A DNA stretch of 64,000 nt from positions 15,220,330-15,284,329 of the forward strand of contig OZ316898.1 in NCBI GenBank assembly GCA_973895155.1, in the 5' to 3' direction. The translations under genes and the position numbers were made by a program. Numbering within the stretch: the stretch's first letter is position 1; each line of letters starts with the position of its first letter. The notes beneath the pieces were generated by a model, which had not been told where the DNA came from, did not search any database, and saw nothing but the letters and a program-made list of their open reading frames with translations. Positions 53,301-64,000 of the stretch are shown piece after piece. This DNA is from Marsupella aquatica (Eukaryota > Plantae > Marchantiophyta).

Positions 53301-54160
53301 TCCCGGTGCCTGGCAGTTGCGTCGGACCTCAAAACGGGGTGCGGGTCCAGTGTGTAATGGAACCCTTGGACGGGAAGGTAGTCGTGATGAATGTCAAAAT
53401 CGAGTAAAGAAGGTAGGTCTTCTGAATCCAGATGGTGTTGTTGCAATTTCCGTGAGAGGATGCAGAATGTTCAAGGGGCAACCTTATAACGATCAGATAT
53501 GGTTTTGCCCCAACAACCACTGTCATCGAAGCACAACAAGGAGAGGAGTCTCGAACATTCCCAATGTTCCTTCACATCTCCCAATTGCTAGAGGGACCAA
53601 TCTTTCTGGAGCAGAGATTCAATTTTTGAAAGAACAAGGACTTATTCTCTCCGAAGGCCGTGGAGATGAAATCGAAGCACCGTTGCCTTCTGCGTTACGG
53701 ATTGATGTCAATCTTTTCCTAGAGAGGATCAACCTAACTGACCCATCTGTGAGGTGCGCTTCAAGGAATGGGGAAGAAATGCTTGCAAAGAGTGCATCTT
53801 ACCCAAACACATTTGAAGAGAATTGAAGCCTCTGAAAAAGACGTGATGAGCGTCATTGGAGAGAGAGAGATCACGAGTGGAAATGCGTCGGGGAAACAGT
53901 TTTGTATCCGGACCCATGAACATGAGAGATCAGTCGCCTCTTATTGGGTTCAGATATGTTGTTTCCCATGTTGCTCTCGCGAGGATTTCTACCATCGGCA
54001 TACTTATCGGAAGCCTTACATGCCTTGCAAACATGTGTATTGGGTGTTCAAGAATGTGTTCAAACTGGATGTGCTCGATTTGACATTATGTAGCCAGCCA
54101 ATTCTAACGTCGGGAGAAGTCCGTTACATACTTGATAGGCAGTTGGGAACGAGAATGTAG
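50339..54160 (+). pseudogene. MULE transposase (GCM/WRKY-like Zn finger, DDE core, C-terminal SWIM), with stops and an intron ~52345-52633
   Basis: CTGSLQCRN..CHHC..CPA..HMGFHNHP; WVSFDVMHR; FMADNAQAGWNAV..FF..SHF; SWIM-like PCCSREDF..PCKHVYWV. Confidence 0.75.
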
Positions 54161-56904
54161 ACTGTTGCTTTATCGTTGAACAGCTACAATTGTAGTTTGT
54201 CTTTTCTAACGGGCAGAAGTGTGAGTTCTTAAAGTGTTGTTTTTTTGTATAATACAATACTAGCGTCGGGCGCTAGTATTGTATGACTTTGTTTCGACTT
54301 CATATTTTTGTGGCAATATATTGGAGTCCTTGTGTGAAATAGTCAAGAAATTTCCTCTGCTATTGTACAATGGTGGGACCCACCATAATATTTTCCGCAC
54401 AATTATTGCATATATGGACGCTACATACCCTGAAGAGAAGAAACTAAAATGCATACAAGAAAAAAATACTCATACAAGAAAACAGAAACTCATACAAGAA
54501 AATAGAAACTCGTACGAGTAAATAGATATGCTCATATGAGGAACTTGTTTACTCGTACAAGACAAAATTTTGCTTGTATGAGGCAAAATTGGCTCGTATG
54601 AGAATATCTATTTGCTATTTGCTAGCACGGTGGTTATACCCGCCCCCAACAAGGTACTTGTCATCCCTGTAGCAACATCCTGTGATTCCGCCAACTTACC
54701 CACACCAGGGTTTGTCTGAATCGGGTTCATAGAGGTAGTATGAACTGTCTTTGACAATGTAAAAGATTGAGGAAGCTTTGTCTGACAATGTGCATCCCCC
54801 CTCTGTGGATCTAGCTCCACTACTGCTCCTCAAGGCTTAAGAGCTTTGGCTGCCCCACGTGTCAAAGCTGCTGATGCATCAATATGCACAGTGCCACATG
54901 TGAATCCCATGGTGGCAAGGTCTGTATCAATCAGCCCCATAAGATGTGGAAGCTCCATGAGATGTAGAAGCCCTATCACCAAAAGTAGGTCTCACCTGAG
55001 AACTAGCCATAGCAGCTAGTTATTGCTCCAATTGAGCAATCTTAGCGTCCTTAGGATTTATGGTCATAGTAGGAGCAACATCACCTCCTTGTCTCCCTGC
55101 ATGTGGCATACCTCAGCCACAACCACCACCTCTACCTCCTCTTCCCTGATCATGTGTGCATTGTCCTCCTCTTTGTAACTTAGGATGGAGTGAGAAACAC
55201 CTATCCTTGGTGTGTCCAGGAGCTCCACAATGATCACACTGCCGCTGATCAGGTGCCGAGGCCCCTCCTGGCTATCTATGATCAGGGCAATATCACTGTG
55301 CATGGTTCCCACCACAGGTCCAACATCCTGACTATTGTCTAGCATAGGAAAGCATAGGTCTCTGACTGGTAGATTCCCATGCAGTGAGCTTCTCCCTTTG
55401 GCTCTTGCGTGCAGTAGGCTATGATGTGGGTGTAGATGCGGCCTTTGGTGCTTCCTTGGAAAATCCGGAAGTCATCACTTTCTCATTCACCATATTGAGC
55501 TTAATGCGCTCAGAAAATATAAAAACAACTGCCAATATGGGATCTGCATCCCTAAGTAGAGTGACGTCTCTCACTCTGTATCACAATTCTCTATCCAGAA
55601 TTGCATACCAAAACTGGACTGTCTGGGCCTCTATCACTCCCTTGGTGACAGTGATCAATTTGCGCATATGAGTGTATGCCTCACGTAGACTCTCTCCAAT
55701 CTTGCGCTGAAACTCCTGAAGACCCTTCAACTTATCAGTTCTCACACCCTGATAGTTTTGCATTGGTACCTCAAAGAACTCCATTACAAGGTTAAATGTT
55801 GGCGCAACTCTAGTCCTTGTCACAATCACACCGGTAGGAGTAGTGGTGGATGCTATTGGAGGGGTACTAGTGGATGGTGTGCCACTCTGGCTAGTGCTGC
55901 TAGAAGCAGCAGCAGTAGTGGCCAATGGGTTGGGCAGCAGCACTAGTGCCATAGGTGATAGACACATAATTAGGTGACCAATGCTGCCTCCATGCCTCAA
56001 TCTCAACCAAATGAGTCTTTCAAAACTCATGGTAATCATCAATGGGTGGCCCCTCCAAATGCTGAAATAATCCCTTCCATGCCATGAAAGGGGTAAATAA
56101 TGTGGCATTACGCAATGTCTGCATATCGCACCACGTATCAAACTCCTAGACAAAATCATCCAGATCAATCATGCCAACTGCACTAGAGTATCGCCGTGGG
56201 TCCTTTGTAGCCCTGTAATCTCTTCCATATCCCACAAAAAAGGTGCAATTACCTGATGATGAGGAGAACTAGTCACAAAGTCCTTGTCAAAATCACTATC
56301 TGAAGTTGCGCTACTGACTGCTATCAATGTCGCTGGCCAAAACTGCACCCCACTCCGAGTGAAACCGGTCCGCCATCCATCGGGTAGCCCTGCAATACCA
56401 AAAGAATCCACGATGACCAATCACTCAAACAGTAGCCATGAATCTAATCTATGTGCTAACCCTAATGGGGAAATCTGTCCCTGCGAGCACCACAAGCACT
56501 CACCATGGTGTGTTGGGCATCACTCCAACATCACCATGAGAGAAATACACAACACAACTAGAGTGTCTAATTACAAACCCAAATCACTCATATGGAATCA
56601 AATGCCCACACAAAACTAACATGGCACGTAGGCAGGAAGCATGTGTGGCAAGAGTCCAACAACAAGAATGGATAAACAACAACTCTCCACACCAAGAGTG
56701 ATCACAAATTGATCCAACAATGTTCATAACGTTCAATGCAAGGCCTTCATAATAGGCCTCAAGGAACCAATGTCAATTATCCAAGAATCCACCACAAACA
56801 AGTTCAAACGGAGTATTTAGATGGATTCAGAAGTGCATAAAACCCCTAGGGCCTCATTCCTTGGACACCAAATGTGGAAGGAAGCATGTACAATGCACCA
56901 CATG

Positions 56905-56959
56905 AGAACTAGTTAGTCAAGTGCATGACGGGAGGAATAGCTTTGGGATGGGTGACCTC
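56905..56959 (+). promoter_or_regulatory. 5S rRNA-derived Pol III promoter-like segment of outer retroelement (again antisense to the element)
   Basis: AGAACTagttAGTCAAGTGCA-20nt-GGATGGGTGACCTC; homologous to 16227-16280. Confidence 0.72.
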
Positions 56960-57853
56960 TCACTTGTCATTATGCACCAAATCTGGCACTCAAATTTGCA
57001 ACACTTGCAAATTCTCCTCATGCACTAGCAAGCTTGCTGGCCCGCCCGCTCTTGCTCCGCCCTCACGCCCTCGTCCCGAGTAACCACAAGTTGCCTTGAA
57101 GCCTCAAAGCGCCAAGAGTGAGCCCTTCACGCCCGCAACACTTTGCTACGCCGGGACTCCATTCAGATTTTGCAACATCTAGGAGCACTTCTTTCACAGA
57201 AAACACAGGGTTTGGTGCATCCTCGTTGTGTCCAAAGGCGATATTGTATGACAGTCGTCTGGTCGGGATCAGTAACCACAAACGATTGCAACTCGACGAC
57301 AATCAATCAATTTTATCAACATTCACAACTACTTCCTCCACAAAAATGGCAGATCTGCATCTACGACTGTACGGGCATCATCGATCAAAACAACGACTTT
57401 CAAACTCAGTTTCCTTCACAAAACAGCTTGCCGGCACACCAAGTACTAATCCGACTCGTTCCTTCACAAAATTGCGCACTGTCCAAGTGCAAATGAGTAG
57501 CGGTTGAAGGCAAGGCGCAGATCAAACACCGCCGCACTCGATCTCAGCCAGTCAATCTACAGGCAAGGAACACAAACAATCTGTACACACACTGTTGGCA
57601 GATCCAATACCAACGTGATCCGAATTTGATTAGCACCGCATACAGGCTACAGATCTGTCAAACCTCCAACTCCTGATCCGCTCAAGAATCAAACTCATAC
57701 GATCTTAACTTGGATCCACATACCAGAGATCCACTCAAGCAATACGATGCGCGATTCAAGATACCACAAATCATCGCCAAACACAATCAAACTGAAAATC
57801 GAAGCTCCGTCCAACAGTTTGTACGGCAGTAGAGTTCAATCGATCTTTCAATG

Positions 57854-58177
57854 TAATCTCAATAGAATCCAAACAACGAGCAACGCCAACAATATGCATT
57901 CAATCCTGGCCGATCTGATCACACACGTATGTCGAGCCAACGCACCTTGCACTCAAGGAATCCACGCGACATAGAGAGAGCTCTCAGCCACCATAGCCAC
58001 CACACAAGCTCCCCTCTCCAAGGCTCAACATTGAAAGATAACCTTTCAATGCCTCACAAGAGAGAACTACCCTCTCACACAAACCTAACGGAACTTTATC
58101 GGCTCATATAGCACAATACCAAACATACAGATCTAGATAGTATGGTACACTCTAACACTACCTAGAATGGTGTAACA
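57854..58177 (-). repeat. 5' terminal repeat A1 of outer retroelement
   Basis: Matches 9437-9760; adjoins TSD ATAT. Confidence 0.92.
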
Positions 58178-59499
58178 ATATGAATTCTTTCACGGGATAA
58201 CAACAAGTATAAATATAGTCCCCACTTTAGTTCACAACCAAGGGGGTATGAAACAAGAAAATATAGAAGCAACCTATTATTCCGTGACCAAGCCCTAAAC
58301 TAAAAACTTTTGCTGAAAAGTTGCAGAAATTGGGGACCACAAGGAGAAAAGGAGATTTTTTGAGTGCATAACATATTCAGTATTGGAAGGAGGGAAGGGA
58401 GTGTATTTGAGTGCCAAATTCCACCCCACTAAAAATTGTATGCCATTTTTGGCAAAAATTAGGTAGTGCTTTTATCTCAGTTATTTACGCACTCCCCACC
58501 TACCCACATACCACACTTGCTAGAAGCTGAAGGGTCTAGCTAAAATCTGGGAATATCTAATGGTAAAATCAATCTAAGAAAATTATATAAGGAATATGAT
58601 TAAAATGTTCTAATCCACACTGAACTTAAAGCACTTAAAGCCCAGATTGACTGATAGGTTGTACATGATATTCCCATGGACAAGCCAAACTTGGATGGAT
58701 TGGATTAAAATATAGAAATATGCTTGGATATTTTTCTGCACTCTTCTGTCCAAAAGTACTCTCTCAGATCACCACTTCTCTCCATTTTTGTCTAAAAGGT
58801 ACCATATACAGATCAACATTGTTCACAAGCTTGTTGTATTCTCTTAATGTCTTTTTCCCTCCAAATAGGTCCTCTAACTATTTTTTTAAGTTCAATTAAT
58901 CCGTGGACCCCCATGTTCATCCAAGGAATGTGTGTGTGATTAAGTGAAATCAATTTTCATCAAGGTGGTAACCGACGGTTTTGAGTCTCTCGATGGTGTT
59001 GGTGTGTGCTCGTACAAAAACAAATGCTCAAAAGATAGAGATTTATCAAACGGAAGGTTGAATGTAGAGAAATTGAGTTTTCTTATAGGTTTTGCTTACA
59101 CATTGGAGAAATCAATTTTCAACCATTCTTGATTGATGGTTTGTGAGTTACATTGAGCATTACCGCCACAAGACACACTAGAGCACAACACTCAGCTGTT
59201 GGCAAAAGAGCGCTTCTCAATTCGGTGAGAAGAACACACAAAACGAACGAGTCATCACTTCAAACAAAGGATTTGTAGTTATTTTTATTTAAGAAAGCTA
59301 TATGGTGTGAGCGGGAAGACCAACAATTGTTTCTTTGACATAGAGGCTGCATTTGGCGTCAACCTGTGTTCAGAGTGAGCATTAGTTGAAGACTATCTAA
59401 GAGATGTGGACAATTCAAGCCGGGAAGCAAACATTATGGACAAGCAATGATGATGTAATCAAAGAAATCAATTTGTAGCGGCTAAGTTTGTGACGGTGA

Positions 59500-60965
59500 C
59501 GAGATTGTGATATCTCTTAATTGAGAAAGGGTTTCCAATGAGTCTCAAATTGACAAATTTTGTCAAGTTCCATGTGAGTTTTTGATTTTCTTTGCCTTTC
59601 CAATGAGTGTGAGTATAAGACATTTTGATCATGAGTTCATGAATTCTTTTAGCTTTCTAACATTGAGTCTGACATTGACAAATTTCATGTCAGATTTTGT
59701 CACGGTACTCAAGAGATCAGGAGGTTTTCAATCTCTTTAGCTTTCTAATGTGTGACATTGAGATTATTTGTCAAGAAATAGAGAGATCATGAGTATCTAA
59801 ATTTCTCTAGCTTTCCAATTAACCTAACATTGATAGATTTTCTCAAGTACTAAGGAGATGATGAGTTTTTAATTTTACTCTAGCTTTCCAATGAGTGACA
59901 TTGAGAGATTTTGTCAAGACATTCCTTTAAACGTTTTTAGAATTTTTATAACTTTTGTGGGCCACGCAAACCCCATGGCCGGGGGGAAACAAACAGAGAA
60001 GTCACCACCAACACCAGCACAACAGATCCCAGCCCAACACACACAACTGAAATCCGCTTACCAACAGCACCGGTATCAAGTATTCCTACCAGCCATCCGG
60101 TACCAGAGACCATCCTAACAGCCTTAACAAACTTATTCTACTGCAATCCATCCACCTAGCCAGCCTACTACCCTTCCATCAGTCATTCCTACACTATCCT
60201 GATGTGATCCAGCAGTCTCTACGCCTCAACCAAGTGAGCCGCTCTGCATTGATAATCTCTTTCACTCTCAGCAACCTAGTCCGTCTGTTGCTCGTTGGCA
60301 GTGCAAGGCCGACCACAGTGACATGTCCACCGCCTCCGAGAGAGTGAATCTCATATCAAATCTTCGGGCCCCACCCATCACAAACATATGCTCATTTCGA
60401 CCCAACCAGATCATCCACAATATCTGGTATAAGACAATCATTTTAACTCTCTTCCTATATTCCTTACCCACAGCAGAATTTATCATCCCAAGCAACCCCC
60501 CAGAATAATCTGTAAATATGCCCTCAAAGCTTTGTGCACAGAGCTGCCAACAGCGCTGTACATGTTGATAGGTCATGAACAAGTGTGAAATAGTCTCCAG
60601 TGTTCCAGGACATAGCTTGCACTCTCCATTTCCTTTACCAATTTTGACCGCCCTAACCCCGGTGAAGAGCCCCGATGCTACTACGCGCCACATAAATGTC
60701 TTAGCTCTCATTGACAAGTCCGATCCCCACAGCCCCGCCCACCTTGCCCTCCATTCGTAGCCCGTGCTTGCAATTCCCCATGTCCTATTTAAACTCTGTA
60801 AATCGCTCACCTCCTCTCACAACATCTGATATGCTCTCTTATTTGATACTCTGAACCTCTTGAGAGCAGTAGGGTTGTCCGCCCAACACCAGCTCTCCGG
60901 TCAAGACATTACTAAAGAGATCAAATGAATCAAACATTGGCAGATTTTATCAAGTACTAAGGAGA
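59500..60965. repeat. Degenerate AT-rich tandem repeat array, interrupted by a LINE fragment
   Basis: Recurring agctttccaatgagt..gacattga..attttgtcaag..gagatcatgag units. Confidence 0.6.
59924..60899 (-). mobile_element. 5'-truncated L1-like LINE (zf-RVT C-terminus and 3' UTR)
   Basis: ORF 60268-60810: LWGSDLSMRAKTFMWR..CKLCPGTLETISHLF..LWMIWLGRN; 11-bp TSD gtcaagacatt (59913-59923 and 60900-60910); A-rich 3' end. Confidence 0.85.
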
Positions 60966-62019
60966 TTTATTATTTAGTTTTACAATGTGAAGCCAAAGGG
61001 GTTTTAACTATGTACATTTCTATCGATTGATTTTTCCAAACTTGCAAACAATTAAAAAATACAAGCATTTTGATATAAAACACTGATATATCTTTGACAA
61101 ACATCAAAATGGTAACTTTGTTTTACTAAATGACATCTCTTCCTTTGTATTTTGGTTTTTTTTATGTTTAATACTTACGGCATGGCGCCCCAAAAATTAC
61201 GTTGCTTTTGCCACAAACAGGAATGTGCACGTTTGTTATTGTTAAAAGTAGGATCAGTCCTGTTTGTGGCTAATTGTGGTGATGTGGCGCAACCTCATGG
61301 CAGAGAATTTGCAAGAGACCCCTAATGGGGGTCCGTAACAAAATAAAATGTAGGGTACATTTAGGCATTTGAGGACTATGTCTGGCCTTTATGGTAAATG
61401 AAACTGTGTAGACTTAATGCTTCACATTTTTATATTGCCTCAGGTAGTTTGTTCAATGATCAACAACAAAATGAACTCAATTTGTGTCAAGAATATTTTA
61501 TCTTTATAACATATTGCAAAACCCAACAGAAAGGGGAAGCAAGCAGCACAATAACCCATTTGTCAATGGAACAATTCTGACCAGGGAGACAAGGGGCAAA
61601 TCTTGATTTTCAGAACACTTCTCTTGTTGTTGGAGTGTAGTAATCTTGCCGTTGCAAAGTTATAAAAAAATCTTAAATTCTAGATTTAAAGCATTATTGT
61701 GGAATCCTATTTCTAAGTGTTGCTCTTGTTATATAGCATACTCATCCTGGAACACGATGAGTTATTTTGTCCTATGCAGGAGATAAAAAAGTTGGGGCAA
61801 TGTGAAAGGGATAAAAAAAGTTCCGTATGCATTGGGGGCAAGGGGAAGGGCTCGCGACGGGCAAGGGGTCGAAGAGAAGGGGCTGGCGCAGGGCAAAGGG
61901 CTGGCGAAGGGCGAAGGGCTGGGGGAAGGGCTGGGGAATGCAGGGCAAGGCTCACATTGTGAGACGATCAAATTCGAGGGGGCAAAGGGCGGTTGCGGCG
62001 GGTGCTGAAAGCTCGAGCT

Positions 62020-62480
62020 CGAGCTGCTGTCTGATCTCGCGAGCTGGGCTTGGGAGCTTGCTGGACTCGATCGATAGGGCTCGCAAGCTTGGTGGACTGG
62101 ACTTCATGCTGCTCGTCTGATTTGATCTCGCTGTCTGATCTTGCGAGCTGGGCTTGGGAGCTGGAGGCTGGGATGATTTGATGCTGCTCGTCTGATTTGA
62201 TCTCGCGAGCTGGGCTTGGGAGCTGGAGGCTGGGAGCGATCGATAGAGGCTCGCGAGCTTGGTGGCTGCTGGCTGGAGCTTGGTGGACTGCTGCAGTGCT
62301 CGTCTGATTTCGCGAGCTTGGTGGCTGGAGCTTGGTGGACTGCTGCAGTGCTCGTCTGATTTGATCTCGCTGTCTGATCTCGGGAGCTGGAGGCTTGGAG
62401 CGATCGATAGAGGCTTGCGAGCTTGGTGGCTGCTGGCTTGGTGGCTGGAGCTTGGTGGACTGCTGCAGCCACCAAGCCAG
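62020..62480. repeat. GC-rich complex tandem repeat
   Basis: Recurring units gagcttggtgg(a)ctg, gctcgtctgatttgatctcgc and gagctgggcttgggagct. Confidence 0.8.
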
Positions 62481-64000
62481 CAGCAGTGTTGTGGGTTTTG
62501 GAGTGTCGAGAGATGATCGAGAGATGTGGAGGTGGGATCGGATATTGTTAAGGTACAGCGCCTTGAGACAAGAGAGCAAAGGAGAAGAGCGAAGGAGAGA
62601 TCAGGGCGCTTGCTCACTCTTGCTTTTTGGGCCGTATTGTGTTCTTGCGGCACGAGCGAAAGGATAGGCTCTTGCGGGAGAGTTGAAGACCCTTTTCTCG
62701 CTTTTACGAGAGTTGTGATCTTGATTGTGTTCGGTTTTGCTCTCGCGAGTTCCTCATCTCCTCGTGCTGCACTTCTTCGGCGGATCCTGTAGCTGTTGTG
62801 TTGCTGCTGTCTGGGATGTGTAGCTTGGAGACTGTACCTGAGCTGTAGTGCGAGACATTTGCAGTGAGTGTGTCATCAGCATCCCTGGTGTGGGGGCAAG
62901 AACGATCAGGCTCGATTGTAACTCTGCAGTTCTTGGAGATCTATCTATCAATGTGTCTGGTGATTTGGGTGTGCTTGCAATGCGATGTGATGTGAGGCTG
63001 TTTGTTGATGATTGTGTGCGTGGCCTTGTGCAACGAGGGGTGAGTCTCACAAGTTGCATTGTCTCGAGAGTTTGCCTGAAACACTTTCTTTGATTGGAGC
63101 GAGTTCTTCGGAGTTCAACCCGGCTGCCTGCCTGTCTGGGATGGCGGGAAGGGTGTAGGGGCTAGTGGTAAGATAGGGGGGGTTCTCTGCTTGGAAGGCT
63201 GCATCTTGCAGTTTGGGGTTCAATTCCCCATCAGAGATATTTCTGAGTATTTAAGATACAAAATAATGAATTTGCAAAGGTTACCCAAGAACTCCAATAA
63301 CTTACTTCCAATGTATAAAAAAATTGTACATATTTATTTAATTTTCCTTTGAATGTCGGAAAAAAAAATTCCGGCATTGTTTGTTGGTATTTATGCAGGT
63401 ATTAATGCTGGTATTATATGGTAGTAAAATAAGAAAAGAAACACTAGTGTTTGTTTTTTACATAGAGGGGTATGGACTTGACCATATGGTCGATTTTTTT
63501 TGGAAATACATTACTGCAAGAATATATTAAAAGTTTAATTTTCCCAAAAAAAATCCAGAATAAAAAAACGTAACGTGGTTGCGCCATATAGCAATGTCGG
63601 AATTTTGCTCTTGTTATAAGGAGGGTTCTTACTAATTTTGTTACTACAAAAGCTGCCTGAGATTATAATCTAATGAAGTATTGTTGAGAAATCAGATATT
63701 TTCTTGTTACAATTTTTTTTGAGTAAATTTTCCGTTGCAGAGCTCCAACAAATCATATTTGCCAGAGAGCCTTGCTCTTGTATAGTAAGCGTTAGCTTTG
63801 AGTACTTCGCCGCTCTAGAGGTACCAAAGATTTCCAATGCAATACTAAATAGAAATCTTTAGAACTAATAGAATGGACGCACACAATCTCAGTATCCTGA
63901 TGAAAATGTAGATAAACAATCCAGGAGAACATTTAATATCTAGATTCTATGATGATTAGCTGTAAAGTGGTAAAGTGCTCAGTCTCCCTATCACAGTCTT

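Larger units (their letters stand above)
25498..54275. repeat. Dispersed 15-bp palindrome TAGCGC-N3-GCGCTA, at least 18 copies (some degenerate) in MULE non-coding DNA
   Basis: Starts at 25498, 25563, 26683, 26756, 27557, 29006, 30202, 30338, 30444, 30547, 30624, 31766, 31830, 31895, 52384, 52441, 52544, 54261; none seen in the nested CACTA. Confidence 0.92.
25333..54641 (+). mobile_element. Mutator-like (MULE) DNA transposon, ~11 kb without the nested CACTA
   Basis: 9-bp TSD gcccccaac (25324-25332 and 54642-54650); TIR core ctccgtgacagcaaatagc / gctatttgctagcacggtg; MULE-type transposase at 50339-54160; empty site matches the inner retroelement near 18600. Confidence 0.9.
9300..58177 (-). 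mobile_element. Outer Ty3/gypsy-like split-direct-repeat retroelement, internally deleted (RT and IN core missing), host to nested insertions
   Basis: TG...CA termini, 4-bp TSD ATAT (9296-9299 and 58178-58181). A1 57854-58177; B1 9763-9887, GC, A2 9437-9760, B2 9300-9436. Gag/PR/DNMT/RNaseH pieces at 54650-56420, 24704-25332, 13138-15112 and ~9890-10819 are colinear with the inner copy. Confidence 0.92.

Noticed and set aside
61700-63230. Long overlapping ORFs or a possible TE 5' region
   Set aside because: ORFs arise from low-complexity GC-rich repeats; the similarity to ~8910 (ctgcaagatgc) is too short to define an element.

Overview
Eukaryotic land-plant genomic DNA (bryophyte/liverwort-like; organism is inferred, not proven). 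The first ~8 kb is genic: a two-exon Lhcb4/CP29 gene (+) and a WRN-type DEDDy 3'-5' exonuclease gene (-). Positions 9300-58177 are one nest of six mobile elements whose ends and target-site duplications (TSDs) can all be read from the sequence. (1) An outer Ty3/gypsy-like retroelement (-, TSD ATAT). (2) A 2.3-kb TG..CA solo-LTR-like insert, containing (3) a 335-bp MULE-type MITE. (4) A full-length second copy of the same retroelement family (+, 15113-24699, TSD TCCC). (5) A Mutator-like element (25333-54641, 9-bp TSD), containing (6) an 18-kb CACTA element (32071-50321, TSD ATC). Two systems stand out. First, the retroelement has a DDE integrase but split direct repeats (A...B-GC-A-B) instead of LTRs, no tRNA primer-binding site, an antisense 5S-rRNA-derived Pol III promoter, a DNMT3-like methyltransferase between protease and RT, and a PHD finger on the integrase. 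Second, the MULE carries a ParB-like + beta-class amino-methyltransferase-like gene and at least 18 copies of a 15-bp palindrome TAGCGC-N3-GCGCTA in its non-coding DNA. The CACTA carries EDM2-like PHD fingers, two BRCT domains and an RPL18a exon. Most TE coding regions are decayed by C>T/G>A stops and frameshifts. The right end holds a truncated LINE and degenerate repeats. Domain calls are by eye from remembered motifs; no database search was run.
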